Shown here: positions 19,379 through 29,169 of the stretch, one piece after another
Layout: every line of letters begins with the position of its first letter
Numbering within the stretch: the stretch's first letter is position 1
Position numbers and translations under genes: made by a program
Notes under the pieces: model-generated
What the model saw: the letters and a program-made list of their open reading frames with translations, nothing else
What the model was told of the DNA's origin: nothing
The model's database searches: none
Assembly: GCA_007375595.1 (NCBI GenBank)
Contig: VMEP01000001.1
Coordinates: 340,694-404,693 of the forward strand
Length of the DNA: 64,000 nt
Direction: 5' to 3'
Origin: Parcubacteria group bacterium LiPW_30
GTDB lineage: Bacteria; Patescibacteriota; Minisyncoccia; Phycocordibacterales; VMEP01

Positions 19379-19621
19379 ATGTATTACGTATATGTGTTGA
19401 AAGGCCCCAAGCAGTTTTATATAGGTTCCACCAACGATTTAAAAAGGAGATTTGCCGAACATCAATCTAATAAGTCTCTTTCGACGAAAAATCGTGGACC
19501 GTGGAGACTTGTATATTACGAAGCGTCTATATCAAAATCTGACACTTTGATTCGAGAGAATTATTTAAAAACTGCTTGGGGCAGACGATACTTAAAAAAT
19601 CGTATAAAAAATAGTGCATAG
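19379..19621 (+). CDS. small GIY-YIG nuclease nested in rnpB P3 loop
   Basis: YYVYVL..FYIGSTNDLKRRFAEH..ST..RGPWRLVYYE..RE.YLK..WGR. Confidence 0.85.
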   Translation: MYYVYVLKGPKQFYIGSTNDLKRRFAEHQSNKSLSTKNRGPWRLVYYEASISKSDTLIRENYLKTAWGRRYLKNRIKNSA

Positions 19622-19698
19622 TTATCTCACGTGGAGGAAAGTCCGAACACTTCCGGTCTAACCTTTGGGCGACCGGAGAAGGGTAGCGGGTAACGCCC

Positions 19699-19758
19699 GT
19701 CGTCCAGCACTTATTTTGTAGTTTGGAAACTTCTAAGTTGCAAAATAAGTGCTGGATA
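19699..19758. repeat. 60-bp palindromic repeat copy 1 (rnpB P9 position)
   Basis: TCCAGCACTTATTTTG..CAAAATAAGTGCTGGA; 57/60 identical to 20011-20070. Confidence 0.85.
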
Positions 19759-20010
19759 GAGGTGCGAGCAGTGACGTCGATGCCGAAAGGCTAGACCTCC
19801 CACGTGGAGGAATCCCATAGAAATATGGGAGTGAAACGGCTAAATCCTTACTTAAGTGCAAGGCCGTGCCCCGTGGGATAAAAGATTCCGATTTTATTAA
19901 TAATACCCTGTTAATTTACAGTTTCAGTATTGTTACGTAGTTCGGAATTTGTTATCCCATGGGGAGTGCCGCTTGAGCCCGTGAGTAATCACGGGCCTAG
20001 ATAAATGACT

Positions 20011-20070
20011 GTCGTCCAGCACTTATTTTGTCATTTGGAATCTTCTAAGTTGCAAAATAAGTGCTGGATA
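20011..20070. repeat. 60-bp palindromic repeat copy 2 (rnpB P19 position)
   Basis: Near-identical to 19699-19758. Confidence 0.85.
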
Positions 20071-20096
20071 CAGAATTCGGCTTATAAGTTCAGGAC

Positions 20097-20133
20097 AAGC
20101 AAAAAAGCCCTAATATTTAGGGCTTTTTTGCTT
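20097..20133 (+). terminator. rnpB terminator
   Basis: AAGCAAAAAAGCCCTAA/TTAGGGCTTTTTTGCTT. Confidence 0.75.
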
Positions 20134-20230
20134 GTCCACTTTTTATCAACCGATAAAATTGTGTGTTATTAGAAATTTCTTATATAATACGGAGCACTTA
20201 ATTAATAAATTTTTAACAAACTTTCATTTC

Positions 20231-22597
20231 ATGCAAGGAATAAAAAAACTGTTTTCTTTAGAGGTTTTACCGTTTAGTTTATTAGTTGGACTCGTTTTTC
20301 TTTTACCGGTCTTCTTTTTGTCGGTAGCTGGAATTTCTCTTGATGTTGGTAAGGGTGTTTTTGCTGTCGTTCTCATTGTTGCCTCAATGGCTTTGTGGTT
20401 GGTTGGTCGCATGGTAGACGGTAAAGTTGTTGTGCCGAAAACACTTCTTGTTTTATTTGCTGCGTTACTTCCTCTTGAATATTTGATTTCAGCTGTTACT
20501 TCAAAGGTTCCAGCTGTTTCACTTTTTGGACAAGGATTTGAAGTGGGAACATTTGCTTTTACTTTCGTGATGTTCATTCTTCTTTTCCTAACCTCAATCT
20601 TGGTTAGCTCAAGAGACAAGGTTTTTACAGTTTACGTTGCTGCAATAGCATCCTTTTTAGTAGTGGCGCTTTACCAAGCCGTTCGTTTGTTTGCCGGGGC
20701 AGACACTCTTACTTTTGGTGGAACTTTCTCTGGTGTTCTCGCTAATACTGTTGGTAAGTGGAACGATTTGGGCGCATTTTTCGGAATGATAGCAATTCTT
20801 TCAATGATAACGCTTGAAACACTACCTCTTAAGGGTTTTGTTAAATATCTAACCTACCTATCGCTTGCTGTTTCAATCTTCTTTTTGGCGATTGTTAACT
20901 TCAGTTTTACCTGGATAGCTCTTGCTGTAATTGCGGTGACGGTTTTTGTTTTTGCAATTTATCTAAACAAAAGTGAAAATCCTTCATCTGGGATTGAAGG
21001 TGGTTCTGTTTTGCCGATAAAAAATAAAATCCCGATGGTGGCCCTTGTTGTTCTCTTGATTTCACTCTTTTACGTTTTTTCTGGAGATAAAATCGGTGGT
21101 TTTTTGCCAACACAATTTAACGCTTCACAAGTAGAAGTTAGGCCATCGTGGAGTGCAACCTTTGATATTGTAAAAGGCGCGCTTTCCGATAATTTATTCC
21201 TAGGTAGTGGGCCCAACCGTTTTGCATCAGAATGGGCACTACATCGCCCAGCAGTTTTAAACGAGACAATCTTTTGGGCAACTGACTTTAACGCTGGAAT
21301 CGGCCTTATTCCATCTTTTGCTGTTACAACTGGAATCTTGGGTATTTTGGCTTGGATTTTATTCCTCGGATTCTTCTTGTTCCGTGGTATCAAGAGCATT
21401 CTTATGTTTGATATAGGGCGTACAGCTCAATACTCAATCCTTTCTTCGTTTTTGTTGGCGGTATACCTATGGCTCTTTGCAATCTTCTATGTTCCAAACG
21501 TAGTTATCTATACGCTGGCGTTCTTGATGACTGGTGTTTTTATCGCAACGTTAGTAAACGAGGGGGTTATTAAAACATATCAAATCTCGCTTTTGGGTAG
21601 TCCAAAGATTGGGTTTGTTTCAGTTCTTGTTTTGATAGCTCTTACAATTTCCTCCGCTGCTTTAGGTTATGTCTTTGTTGAAAAAGCAATTTCATCTATC
21701 AATTTCCAGAAAACTATTCAGGCTTTGAATACAGATGGAAATTTTGATAAGGCAGAAGTTGGTTTGATTAAGGCATCGCAGTTTTCAGAGAGTGACCTTT
21801 ATTACCGCTCCCTTTCACAGGTTTATCTCGTTAAGTTGAACAATTTATTCCAACAGAAAAACATTTCGGAAACAGAAGCAAAGTCTCAATTCCAATCAAT
21901 ACTTGGTAATGCTATTGATAACGCTAGAAGTGCTCGAGACTATGACGCAACAAATTACGCAAACTGGATGAACCTAGCTTCGGTTTACGAATCAGTTGTT
22001 CCACTAGGCGTCACTGGTGCTTACGACGAAGCAAAAAAAGCTTACGACCAGGCTGCATTACTAAATCCACAAAGCCCGTTAGTTTATTTGACATTGGCTC
22101 GACTCGAAGTTTCCAACAAAGACAACAAAGCAGCCCGTGAGAACTTAAACAAGGCGCTTGCCCTTAAAGGTAATTATACAGACGCGTTATTCTTCCTTTC
22201 ACAGCTTGAAGCAGGAGAGGGTAATATTGCAGAAGCTATTGCGAAAGCAGATCAGGCATCGCTACTTTCTCCAAACGATGTTGGTTTGTTCTTCCAGTTG
22301 GGGCTTTTGAAATACACCAACAGAGATTACAACGGAGCTATCGTTTCTCTTGAGCGTGCTGTAGCACTCAATACAAATTACTCAAACGCAATGTATTTCC
22401 TTGGGTTAAGTTACGATAAAGTTGGAAGAAAAGCTGATGCAATTGCTCAGTTTGAAAAAGTTGAATCCCTAAACCCAGAGAATCAGGAAGTTAAAAATAT
22501 TCTTATAAATCTCAGGGCTGGAAAGAGTGCCTTAACTGATGTTCCTCCTCCTACTCCAGAAAAGAAGAGTACTCCTCCAGTAAAGGACACAAATTAA
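20231..22597 (+). CDS. polytopic membrane protein (O-antigen ligase-like) with C-terminal TPR repeats
   Basis: Many TM helices, LGSGPNRF, C-terminal TPR-like repeats. Confidence 0.75.
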   Translation: MQGIKKLFSLEVLPFSLLVGLVFLLPVFFLSVAGISLDVGKGVFAVVLIVASMALWLVGRMVDGKVVVPKTLLVLFAALLPLEYLISAVTSKVPAVSLFGQGFEVGTFAFTFVMFILLFLTSILVSSRDKVFTVYVAAIASFLVVALYQAVRLFAGADTLTFGGTFSGVLANTVGKWNDLGAFFGMIAILSMITLETLPLKGFVKYLTYLSLAVSIFFLAIVNFSFTWIALAVIAVTVFVFAIYLNKSENPSSGIEGGSVLPIKNKIPMVALVVLLISLFYVFSGDKIGGFLPTQFNASQVEVRPSWSATFDIVKGALSDNLFLGSGPNRFASEWALHRPAVLNETIFWATDFNAGIGLIPSFAVTTGILGILAWILFLGFFLFRGIKSILMFDIGRTAQYSILSSFLLAVYLWLFAIFYVPNVVIYTLAFLMTGVFIATLVNEGVIKTYQISLLGSPKIGFVSVLVLIALTISSAALGYVFVEKAISSINFQKTIQALNTDGNFDKAEVGLIKASQFSESDLYYRSLSQVYLVKLNNLFQQKNISETEAKSQFQSILGNAIDNARSARDYDATNYANWMNLASVYESVVPLGVTGAYDEAKKAYDQAALLNPQSPLVYLTLARLEVSNKDNKAARENLNKALALKGNYTDALFFLSQLEAGEGNIAEAIAKADQASLLSPNDVGLFFQLGLLKYTNRDYNGAIVSLERAVALNTNYSNAMYFLGLSYDKVGRKADAIAQFEKVESLNPENQEVKNILINLRAGKSALTDVPPPTPEKKSTPPVKDTN

Positions 22598-22624
22598 TAT
22601 TAATTAACAATGGTTCTTGTCTAA

Positions 22625-24304
22625 ATGGTTAAAAGAATCATCAATGTTTTAAATAAAGAAGTAGGCGGTCTACATGAGGCCGCTTTTCTTCTTGGGTTCT
22701 TTGCTGTCGCATCTCAAGTTTTAGCGCTCTTGCGTGACCGTTTGTTCGCTAATTATTTTGGCGCGGGAACCGAGCTTGATGTTTATTACACTGCGTTCCG
22801 TATACCAGATGCGCTCTATGTTGTAATTGCTTCGTTTGTATCGGTGTCGGTTATTATTCCGTTCCTTTCTAAAATGGAAGGAGATGAGAATAAGGCAAAA
22901 CGTTTTGTCTCTGAAATATTTACCATTTTTTCTATAGTGATGGCTGTTTTCAGTTTCGCGATGTTTTTCCTAATTCCATACCTCGCTCCTTTTATAGCTC
23001 CTGGTTTTTCCAAAGAACAACTCGACTCACTTGTTTTGTTATCAAGAATACTTTTGTTATCGCCATTTATTCTCGGGTTATCAAACAATATTTTTGGTAG
23101 CATCACTCAGTTTTATAAAAGGTTTTTTGTTTATGCCCTTGCCCCGGTTTTATACAACCTAGGAATTATTTTCGGTGTTTTTTCCTTTTATCCGGTTTTT
23201 GGGATGAAAGGTCTTGCTTTCGGTGTTATTTTGGGCGCATTGCTTCATGTTTTGATTCAAATACCGATTGCTATTCAAAACGGGTTTACTCCGAGGTTTG
23301 TTAGAAAAATAGACTGGAAAGATATTTTTGAGGTTGTGACTGTGTCTTTACCACGAACAATAACTCTCTCTGCTAATCATCTTGTTTTGATTGCTCTTGG
23401 GGCCATTGCTTCAACGATGTATATCGGCTCTGTTTCTATTTTTAATTTCTCGTTTAATCTACAATCAGTTCCTCTTGCGACAATCGGAGTTGCGTATTCA
23501 ATGGCGGCATTTCCAATGCTCGCAGCTTTTTTTACGCGCGGGGAAAAAGAAAGATTTATGGAACATATGGTGATTGCTCTTCGACACATAATCTTCTGGG
23601 CAGTTCCAATTACGATTCTTTTCATTGTTCTTCGCGCGCAAATAGTTCGTACTATTTTGGGTTCAGGTGCTTTTAGTTGGAATGATACTCGTCTTACTGC
23701 GGCTGCTCTCGCCCTCTTCTCTCTTTCGGTGCTTACCCAGAGTTTGACAGTGTTGTTCTCTCGCGGTTATCACGCCTCAGGAAACACCAGAAAACCACTT
23801 TTCATTAATTTGTTTTCAAGTGTTTGTGCTATCGGTGGCGCTTTTTGGCTTACAATTGTCTTTGAGAAAACTCCCGAATTTCGTTATTTCATAGAGTCTA
23901 TTTTGAGAGTTGATCAAATTGATGGAACTGCTGTTTTGATGTTGCCTCTTGCGTATTCTATTGCTTCTATTATGAATGCATTTTTGCATTGGATTATTTT
24001 TGAAAGAGATTTTGAAATGAATCTTTCTTTAATTATAAGAAAAACTCTTTTTGAGAGTTTCTCGGCGTCGGTGTTTATGGGTTTCGTCGCTTATAACTGT
24101 TTAAATATTTTTGCGTTAATTTTAAATACAGAGACGGTTATTGGAATTTTCCTTCAAGGATTTTTGTCTGGAATAATTGGTATTATCGCGGGGGTTATTA
24201 TTTTGAGGATTTTAAAAAATGACGAAATTAAAGATATTTCAATTGCTTTGCATAAGAAATTCTGGAAGGTAGATGTTGTAGCTCCGGCTCAAGAGGAGCT
24301 CTGA
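22625..24304 (+). CDS. murJ: lipid II flippase MurJ/MviN
   Basis: LRDRL.A..FGAG..LD.YY.AFRIPD, AP.LYNLGII. Confidence 0.9.
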   Translation: MVKRIINVLNKEVGGLHEAAFLLGFFAVASQVLALLRDRLFANYFGAGTELDVYYTAFRIPDALYVVIASFVSVSVIIPFLSKMEGDENKAKRFVSEIFTIFSIVMAVFSFAMFFLIPYLAPFIAPGFSKEQLDSLVLLSRILLLSPFILGLSNNIFGSITQFYKRFFVYALAPVLYNLGIIFGVFSFYPVFGMKGLAFGVILGALLHVLIQIPIAIQNGFTPRFVRKIDWKDIFEVVTVSLPRTITLSANHLVLIALGAIASTMYIGSVSIFNFSFNLQSVPLATIGVAYSMAAFPMLAAFFTRGEKERFMEHMVIALRHIIFWAVPITILFIVLRAQIVRTILGSGAFSWNDTRLTAAALALFSLSVLTQSLTVLFSRGYHASGNTRKPLFINLFSSVCAIGGAFWLTIVFEKTPEFRYFIESILRVDQIDGTAVLMLPLAYSIASIMNAFLHWIIFERDFEMNLSLIIRKTLFESFSASVFMGFVAYNCLNIFALILNTETVIGIFLQGFLSGIIGIIAGVIILRILKNDEIKDISIALHKKFWKVDVVAPAQEEL

Positions 24305-24491
24305 AGCTAGGAGGTTAGGGAGTTAGCTCTTAGCTTCATTAGGCTTCATTAGCGAGAAAGAGCGATAAATTTTAATCTGGTTCAAACTTATCATTCTAGT
24401 ATTTTGCAAAATACTAGAATGATAAGTTTGAAAAGAAAAATTCCTCCCGGTGAGGGGAGGAATTGAGGGTGCCGAATGTGATTCGGCTAAT

Positions 24492-25406
24492 TCATTTCGC
24501 TTTTGCGGGAACGAGCTTGAGCCACCGGATTGAAACGAACTCGTAGTTGACGAAGCCGAGTACTGCCCCGACGACCGCACCGAGGACGGCGCTTCCGAGG
24601 GAGAAACCGACGACAGCACCAAGCGTTGCGTCGACGAAACAGAGCGTTCGGCGTTCGGAATGAACGTAAACGAAAGTCCGCACGACGAAACGCCAGGTCT
24701 CCCTGCAGAGGAAATAGGCTAGCGTGACGATGGCGTCCATGATGCGCGCCTTATTTTCCCAGAGATACTCGCCGACACCGCAAAGCGTGTGCGCGAAGAG
24801 CCACAACAGAAAAAACGGCAGGATGATTGGGTTGCCGTATTTGAAGACGAGCAACCCCATGGACATATCACGAGAGAGAAATTCTTGGTACGAGCCTTTT
24901 GTGTCGTAGTCCAATTTTTGCCAGTATTTTTTCTTGTTGGTGAACGGCCAGAAAAGCGCGCCGACGACCAACATGGTCGTAACAAGATAGAAACCGACCC
25001 CCACCCCAGAAATGAGACTGTGAACCACAGGCTCATTTTCTGGGGCGGGCCACTCGAGGTAAGAAAATATTGCGTGGGACATCAAGGCGAAAGACGTTGC
25101 GAGCGCCAAAAGCCCCAACACCGACGCAGCCGTCGCTTTCCAATACAGCGGATATCGCTTCCATGTGGTTGCCCTATGGTACGCACTAGCGACATTGCCG
25201 GCGCTTACGCGATACGAACGGGCGACACCGGCGCAGAAGTTCTGGAAGTCCACCGCACAGTAGGCAACAAGACCGCCGAAGATCGCGCCGACACCCCAGA
25301 AGTACGAGCCGTACTCGAAGCGCGCCGAGATTTCAATGGCGCTTAAGGCACCAATAAAGGCGCCAAGAGCACAGGCAAACATTACGGACAAAGATTCCTT
25401 TTTCAT
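24492..25406 (-). CDS. hypothetical membrane protein (high GC)
   Basis: Multiple TM segments; SD GGAGG before ATG 25406. Confidence 0.6.
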   Translation of the reverse strand: MKKESLSVMFACALGAFIGALSAIEISARFEYGSYFWGVGAIFGGLVAYCAVDFQNFCAGVARSYRVSAGNVASAYHRATTWKRYPLYWKATAASVLGLLALATSFALMSHAIFSYLEWPAPENEPVVHSLISGVGVGFYLVTTMLVVGALFWPFTNKKKYWQKLDYDTKGSYQEFLSRDMSMGLLVFKYGNPIILPFFLLWLFAHTLCGVGEYLWENKARIMDAIVTLAYFLCRETWRFVVRTFVYVHSERRTLCFVDATLGAVVGFSLGSAVLGAVVGAVLGFVNYEFVSIRWLKLVPAKAK

Positions 25407-25540
25407 GGTGTTCCTCCATTCGTTTAGGTTGTGACTCACTAACAAAGAGCCGATTTAACACGTTTACTGTCTCGTAACGTATAACGTTTACAGATCTTTG
25501 TCAACGCACCAAAAAAGTATGCTAAAATACGGCTCAATTT

Positions 25541-27337
25541 ATGAATTTAAAACATATTCGAAATTTCAGCATTATTGCGCACATTGATCACGGCAAATCG
25601 ACTCTTGCTGATCGTTTACTTGATGCGACTCATACAATTGAAAAACGTAAAATGCGTGACCAGGTTTTGGACCGTATGGACCTTGAAAGAGAGCGCGGTA
25701 TAACCATAAAAATGACCCCTGTTCGCATGGATTACGCCCTAAACGGCGAATCATACGTATTGAACCTAATCGACACTCCTGGACACATTGATTTTTCATA
25801 TGAAGTCTCACGGGCTCTTCAGGCGGTGGAAGGGTCTTTGCTTTTAGTTGATTCAACTCAAGGTGTGCAGGCTCAAACTTTAACTACCCTTGCGATGGCG
25901 CGAGAGCTTGGAATTAAAATTATTCCAGTTGTGACAAAAATTGATTCCCCAATCTCTCGCGTTGATGATGTTAAGCGTGAAGTTATGACCCTGCTTGATT
26001 GCAAAGAAGAAGATATCTTGGCAGTTTCTGGTAAAACAGGAGAGGGTGTTGCTGAACTTTTGAAAGTGGTAATAGAACGTATTCCACCACCAAGTGATAA
26101 GTACAGAGAAAAAAATAATTTTAGAGCATTAGTTTTTGATTTTGAATACTCAAACCATCAAGGGGTTATTGTTTATGTAAGAGTTTTAGACGGTGAAATT
26201 AAAAAAGGAGATGACCTTTCTTTTTGTGAGGCCAAGGAAAGATTTATTGCCTCTGATGTTGGTATTTTTACTCCAGAAAAAAAATCTGCAGAAAAAATCT
26301 CAGCGGGGGAGATTGGTTATATTGTCACTTCAATTAAGAAGCCTGGTATTGCTTCCGTCGGAGACACGATCACTCTTACAAAAAATCCACTACCAGCGCT
26401 TCCTGGATATCAAAATCCACGACCAGTTGTATGGGCATCGCTTTACCCAGAAAGTCAGGATGATTTTGATTTATTAAAAGAATCCCTCGTTAGACTTAAG
26501 CTTTCAGATTCATCACTTTCTTTTGAAGAGGAGGTTTCCGGTTCGCTCGGGCGCGGTTTTAGGTGTGGTTTTCTTGGAATGCTTCACTTGGAAATTGTTA
26601 CTGAAAGATTAAGAAGAGAGTTTAATCTTGAACTTATAGTTACTTCGCCATCTATTAATTACGAAGTTGTTTATCAAAGTGGGAAGCGCGAGAAAATTTA
26701 TTCGCCACACCTTTTTCCGAGAGACGGAACATACACAGAAGCCTTTGAGCCATGGGCTTCCATAACATTAATTACGCCACCAGATTATGTTGGGGGAATT
26801 ATGCAACTTCTTTATGAACACGAAGCGGAGGTTGGGGAGTCGAGTATTTTCGGCGATAATCGTGTTTCAATCAAAGCCCGCGTACCACTTCGCGAGCTGA
26901 TGAGAAACTTTTTTGATGAATTGAAAAGCGTTTCATCAGGATTTGCCTCACTTTCTTATGATATCGATGAAATGCGTAAGGCTGATGTGACGAGGCTTGA
27001 TATTGTGGTTGCGGAAGAAATTGTGCCAGCATTTACCCGTGTTATCTCGCGTAGAAGGGCCCAGGAAGACGCTGAAAAGGCTGTTGAGAGATTACACCAA
27101 ATCCTCCCAAGACAGCTTTTTGAGGTCAAAATACAAGCTACAGCGCTTGGTAGAATACTCTCCTCTAGAAGCCTAAAAGCGCTTAGAAAGGACGTTACTG
27201 GATATCTTTATGGTGGCGATATTACACGAAAGATGAAGCTTCGAGAAAAGCAGAAAAAAGGTAAGAAGAGAATGAAGGCAGGCGGAAGAGTCAATATTCC
27301 AAAAGAGGTATTTCTTAATATGATGAAAAACCAGTAG
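25541..27337 (+). CDS. lepA: translation elongation factor 4
   Basis: IRNFSIIAHIDHGKSTLADR, GFRCGFLGMLH, YGGDITRKMKL. Confidence 0.97.
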   Translation: MNLKHIRNFSIIAHIDHGKSTLADRLLDATHTIEKRKMRDQVLDRMDLERERGITIKMTPVRMDYALNGESYVLNLIDTPGHIDFSYEVSRALQAVEGSLLLVDSTQGVQAQTLTTLAMARELGIKIIPVVTKIDSPISRVDDVKREVMTLLDCKEEDILAVSGKTGEGVAELLKVVIERIPPPSDKYREKNNFRALVFDFEYSNHQGVIVYVRVLDGEIKKGDDLSFCEAKERFIASDVGIFTPEKKSAEKISAGEIGYIVTSIKKPGIASVGDTITLTKNPLPALPGYQNPRPVVWASLYPESQDDFDLLKESLVRLKLSDSSLSFEEEVSGSLGRGFRCGFLGMLHLEIVTERLRREFNLELIVTSPSINYEVVYQSGKREKIYSPHLFPRDGTYTEAFEPWASITLITPPDYVGGIMQLLYEHEAEVGESSIFGDNRVSIKARVPLRELMRNFFDELKSVSSGFASLSYDIDEMRKADVTRLDIVVAEEIVPAFTRVISRRRAQEDAEKAVERLHQILPRQLFEVKIQATALGRILSSRSLKALRKDVTGYLYGGDITRKMKLREKQKKGKKRMKAGGRVNIPKEVFLNMMKNQ

Positions 27338-27460
27338 TAGGACTTACGCAAATGGCACATTTCTTTGTTGCACTTCGCAAAATGTCGTTCAATGTGCATT
27401 AGCACAGCTCACTCCATTTTGTTTGTGCTCCTAGAACTGCACTCATTTGCGTAAGCCCTA
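27338..27460. repeat. 123-bp MITE-like element with 17-bp terminal inverted repeats
   Basis: TAGGACTTACGCAAATG ... CATTTGCGTAAGCCCTA (1 mismatch). Confidence 0.65.
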
Positions 27461-27620
27461 GGCAATGTTTTGGTTAGAGGGCTGGGGCGATATACAAAAG
27501 AATCATACTTACGATAACTAGTAGGCTTAGTATTATCCATGTGATACGGACAGCTTTGCGGTTTTCTTTGTTGAACATCATATAATATATAAAGTTTAAT
27601 TAAGAGTATAATATCAGAAA

Positions 27621-27989
27621 ATGCTTGAATTTCAAGACAAAAAAAGATTTAGAAGAATTCTGTATTCTCGGGTTACTTTTGTTTTGGTTTTTATTCTTTG
27701 CGTTTTTGTTGGTAGAGCAGCGGTTAGTATGTATAAAAGCGATAGTCTAACCGGGGAGAAAAGAAAGATAGCCGAAGATGAGTTGGTGGCGGTCAGGGCG
27801 CGGGAAAATTCGTTAAAGGCGCAAATTATTAGTCTTAAGACAGAGAGGGGGGTTGAAGAGGAGCTTAGGGGGAAGTTTAGGGTTGTTAAAAACGGAGAAG
27901 GGGTTATTATTGTTGTTGATCAGGAAAAAAAAGAGGCAACGACCACAAAATCTGGCTTTGCCAATTTTTTTAAATGGTTTTTAAAATAA
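27621..27989 (+). CDS. septum formation initiator (FtsB/DivIC-like)
   Basis: TM, coiled coil, L.T..GVEEELR.KF.VVK.GE.VI. Confidence 0.7.
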   Translation: MLEFQDKKRFRRILYSRVTFVLVFILCVFVGRAAVSMYKSDSLTGEKRKIAEDELVAVRARENSLKAQIISLKTERGVEEELRGKFRVVKNGEGVIIVVDQEKKEATTTKSGFANFFKWFLK

Positions 27990-28012
27990 GTTTTAGTTTT
28001 GTGAGATAAAAA

Positions 28013-28083
28013 GCGAGTATAGTTTAGTGGTAGAATGACTGCTTCCCAAGCAGTAGATCGGAGTTCGATTCTCCGTACTCGCA
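28013..28083 (+). tRNA. tRNA-Gly(CCC)
   Basis: Cloverleaf GCGAGTA/TACTCGC; anticodon arm ACTGC-TTCCCAA-GCAGT; T-arm CGGAG-TTCGATT-CTCCG. Confidence 0.93.
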
Positions 28084-28223
28084 CATTATAAAAAATACCC
28101 CATCTTTGCGGGGTATTTTTTATAATGACGAGGGGGATCGAAAGCCGGAGGCAGACGTGCCGAGGCGGGGTCGCGCAAATTTCTAGCAAGAAATTATGCG
28201 TGACCGATTCTCCGTACTCGCAC
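28084..28223 (+). mobile_element. tRNA-3'-linked element (Gly)
   Basis: Hairpin, anti-T-arm GGGGGATCGAA, core GGGGTCG..GTGAC, 19-bp direct repeat of tRNA end (28066-28084 = 28205-28223). Confidence 0.75.
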
Positions 28224-28337
28224 GAATTCTTGTTAAAAACTTGATTATGGTTATTTTGTATTATTTTCGTGTAGATTTGTGTTTTGGCTTTATGATATAA
28301 TCAGCGTCCATTAGAAATTAACGGGTGTGGAATATGA

Positions 28338-28460
28338 ATCCCGTTAGAGGCCGCGGTCGCGCGGGATGGGAAATAAATAATATAAGAAGTAGAAGTACGA
28401 TTTATAAGTTTAATTAATTTGCAGGAAGTGGATTGACCGCGACCTGCCTCTAAACGGGAT
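28338..28460. repeat. 123-bp palindromic element with ATCCCGTTAGAG ends
   Basis: ATCCCGTTAGAGGC..GCCTCTAAACGGGAT; related copy 49015-49138. Confidence 0.6.
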
Positions 28461-28692
28461 GAAAAAAGTCACTATTTATAGCACTCCAACTTGCGTTTAT
28501 TGTAATATGGCAAAAAGCTATTTTCAGGAAAAAAATGTTCCTTACGAGGAGTTCAATGTTGGGCAAGATTTTGAAAAACAAAAGGAAATGATTGAATTAA
28601 CTGGTCAGCGTGGTGTGCCAGTAATTGTTATAGACGGAGAAGCAATAGTTGGTTTTAATAAACCAAGGGTTCAGGAGCTGTTGGGTTTATAG
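28459..28692 (+). CDS. glutaredoxin-like (NrdH/YruB) protein
   Basis: YSTPTCVYC, GQRGVPVIVIDG. Confidence 0.9.
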   Translation: MKKVTIYSTPTCVYCNMAKSYFQEKNVPYEEFNVGQDFEKQKEMIELTGQRGVPVIVIDGEAIVGFNKPRVQELLGL

Positions 28693-28706
28693 GTTTAGAT
28701 AATTCA

Positions 28707-28908
28707 GGGCGGAATCGGTCACGAATAAAATTTTGCTAAATTTTTGCGCTGTCACAGATATTTTCCTGCTGGAAAATTCTGCGACCCCGACTCGGCTCGA
28801 CAGCCTCCGTCTCTCAATTGCTTCACTTATCGCAATTGAGCCCGCCTCGCGCCGTCGCGCTCCGGCCGGCACCATGTAAAAACACTCACTTATGTGAGTG
28901 TTTTTACA
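28707..28908 (-). mobile_element. tRNA-3'-linked element (Arg)
   Basis: 141-bp core (28725-28865) 136/141 identical to 36943-37083; ends GTGACC-GATTCC. Confidence 0.75.
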
Positions 28909-28983
28909 TGGTGCCCTCGGCAGGAATCGAACCCACAATTACCCCTTAGGACGGGGTAGTTATATCCATTTAACTACGAGGGC
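28909..28983 (-). tRNA. tRNA-Arg(CCT)
   Basis: GCCCTCG/CGAGGGC acceptor, ACCCC-GTCCTAA-GGGGT, CCA encoded. Confidence 0.92.
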
Positions 28984-29169
28984 GCTTTAAAACCATACCA
29001 TATTAAGATGTTTTTGGTTGTTGATTATCGCCATTGTTTATTTTTATTTAGTATTGTATAGTTTGGGCTGATTTTCCATTTAATTTAAAGAAAGGTAGGT
29101 GGAAAAGTTCTTTGAGCTTAACGAGCTTTGGAGGTTTTGTTTTCAAAAACATACAAAAAGGAAAGAGCT

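Larger units (their letters stand above)
19338..20096 (+). ncRNA. rnpB: RNase P RNA with large insertions
   Basis: P1 GTCTTGAACT/AGTTCAGGAC, P2 GGCAGTCG/TGACTGTC, GAGGAAAGTCCG (19634), GTGAAACGG, GCAAGG, CTAGATAAATGACTG, ACAGAATTCGGCTTAT. Confidence 0.9.

Noticed and set aside
19357-19634. rnpB insert as a group I/II intron
   Set aside because: The ORF fills nearly the whole insert, leaving no room for a ribozyme core.
28687-28938. ORFs over tRNAs/elements (also 27920-28189, 36921-37130, 37098-37292, 39352-39735, 63592-63915)
   Set aside because: They overlap tRNA genes and non-coding repeats; no protein family signal.
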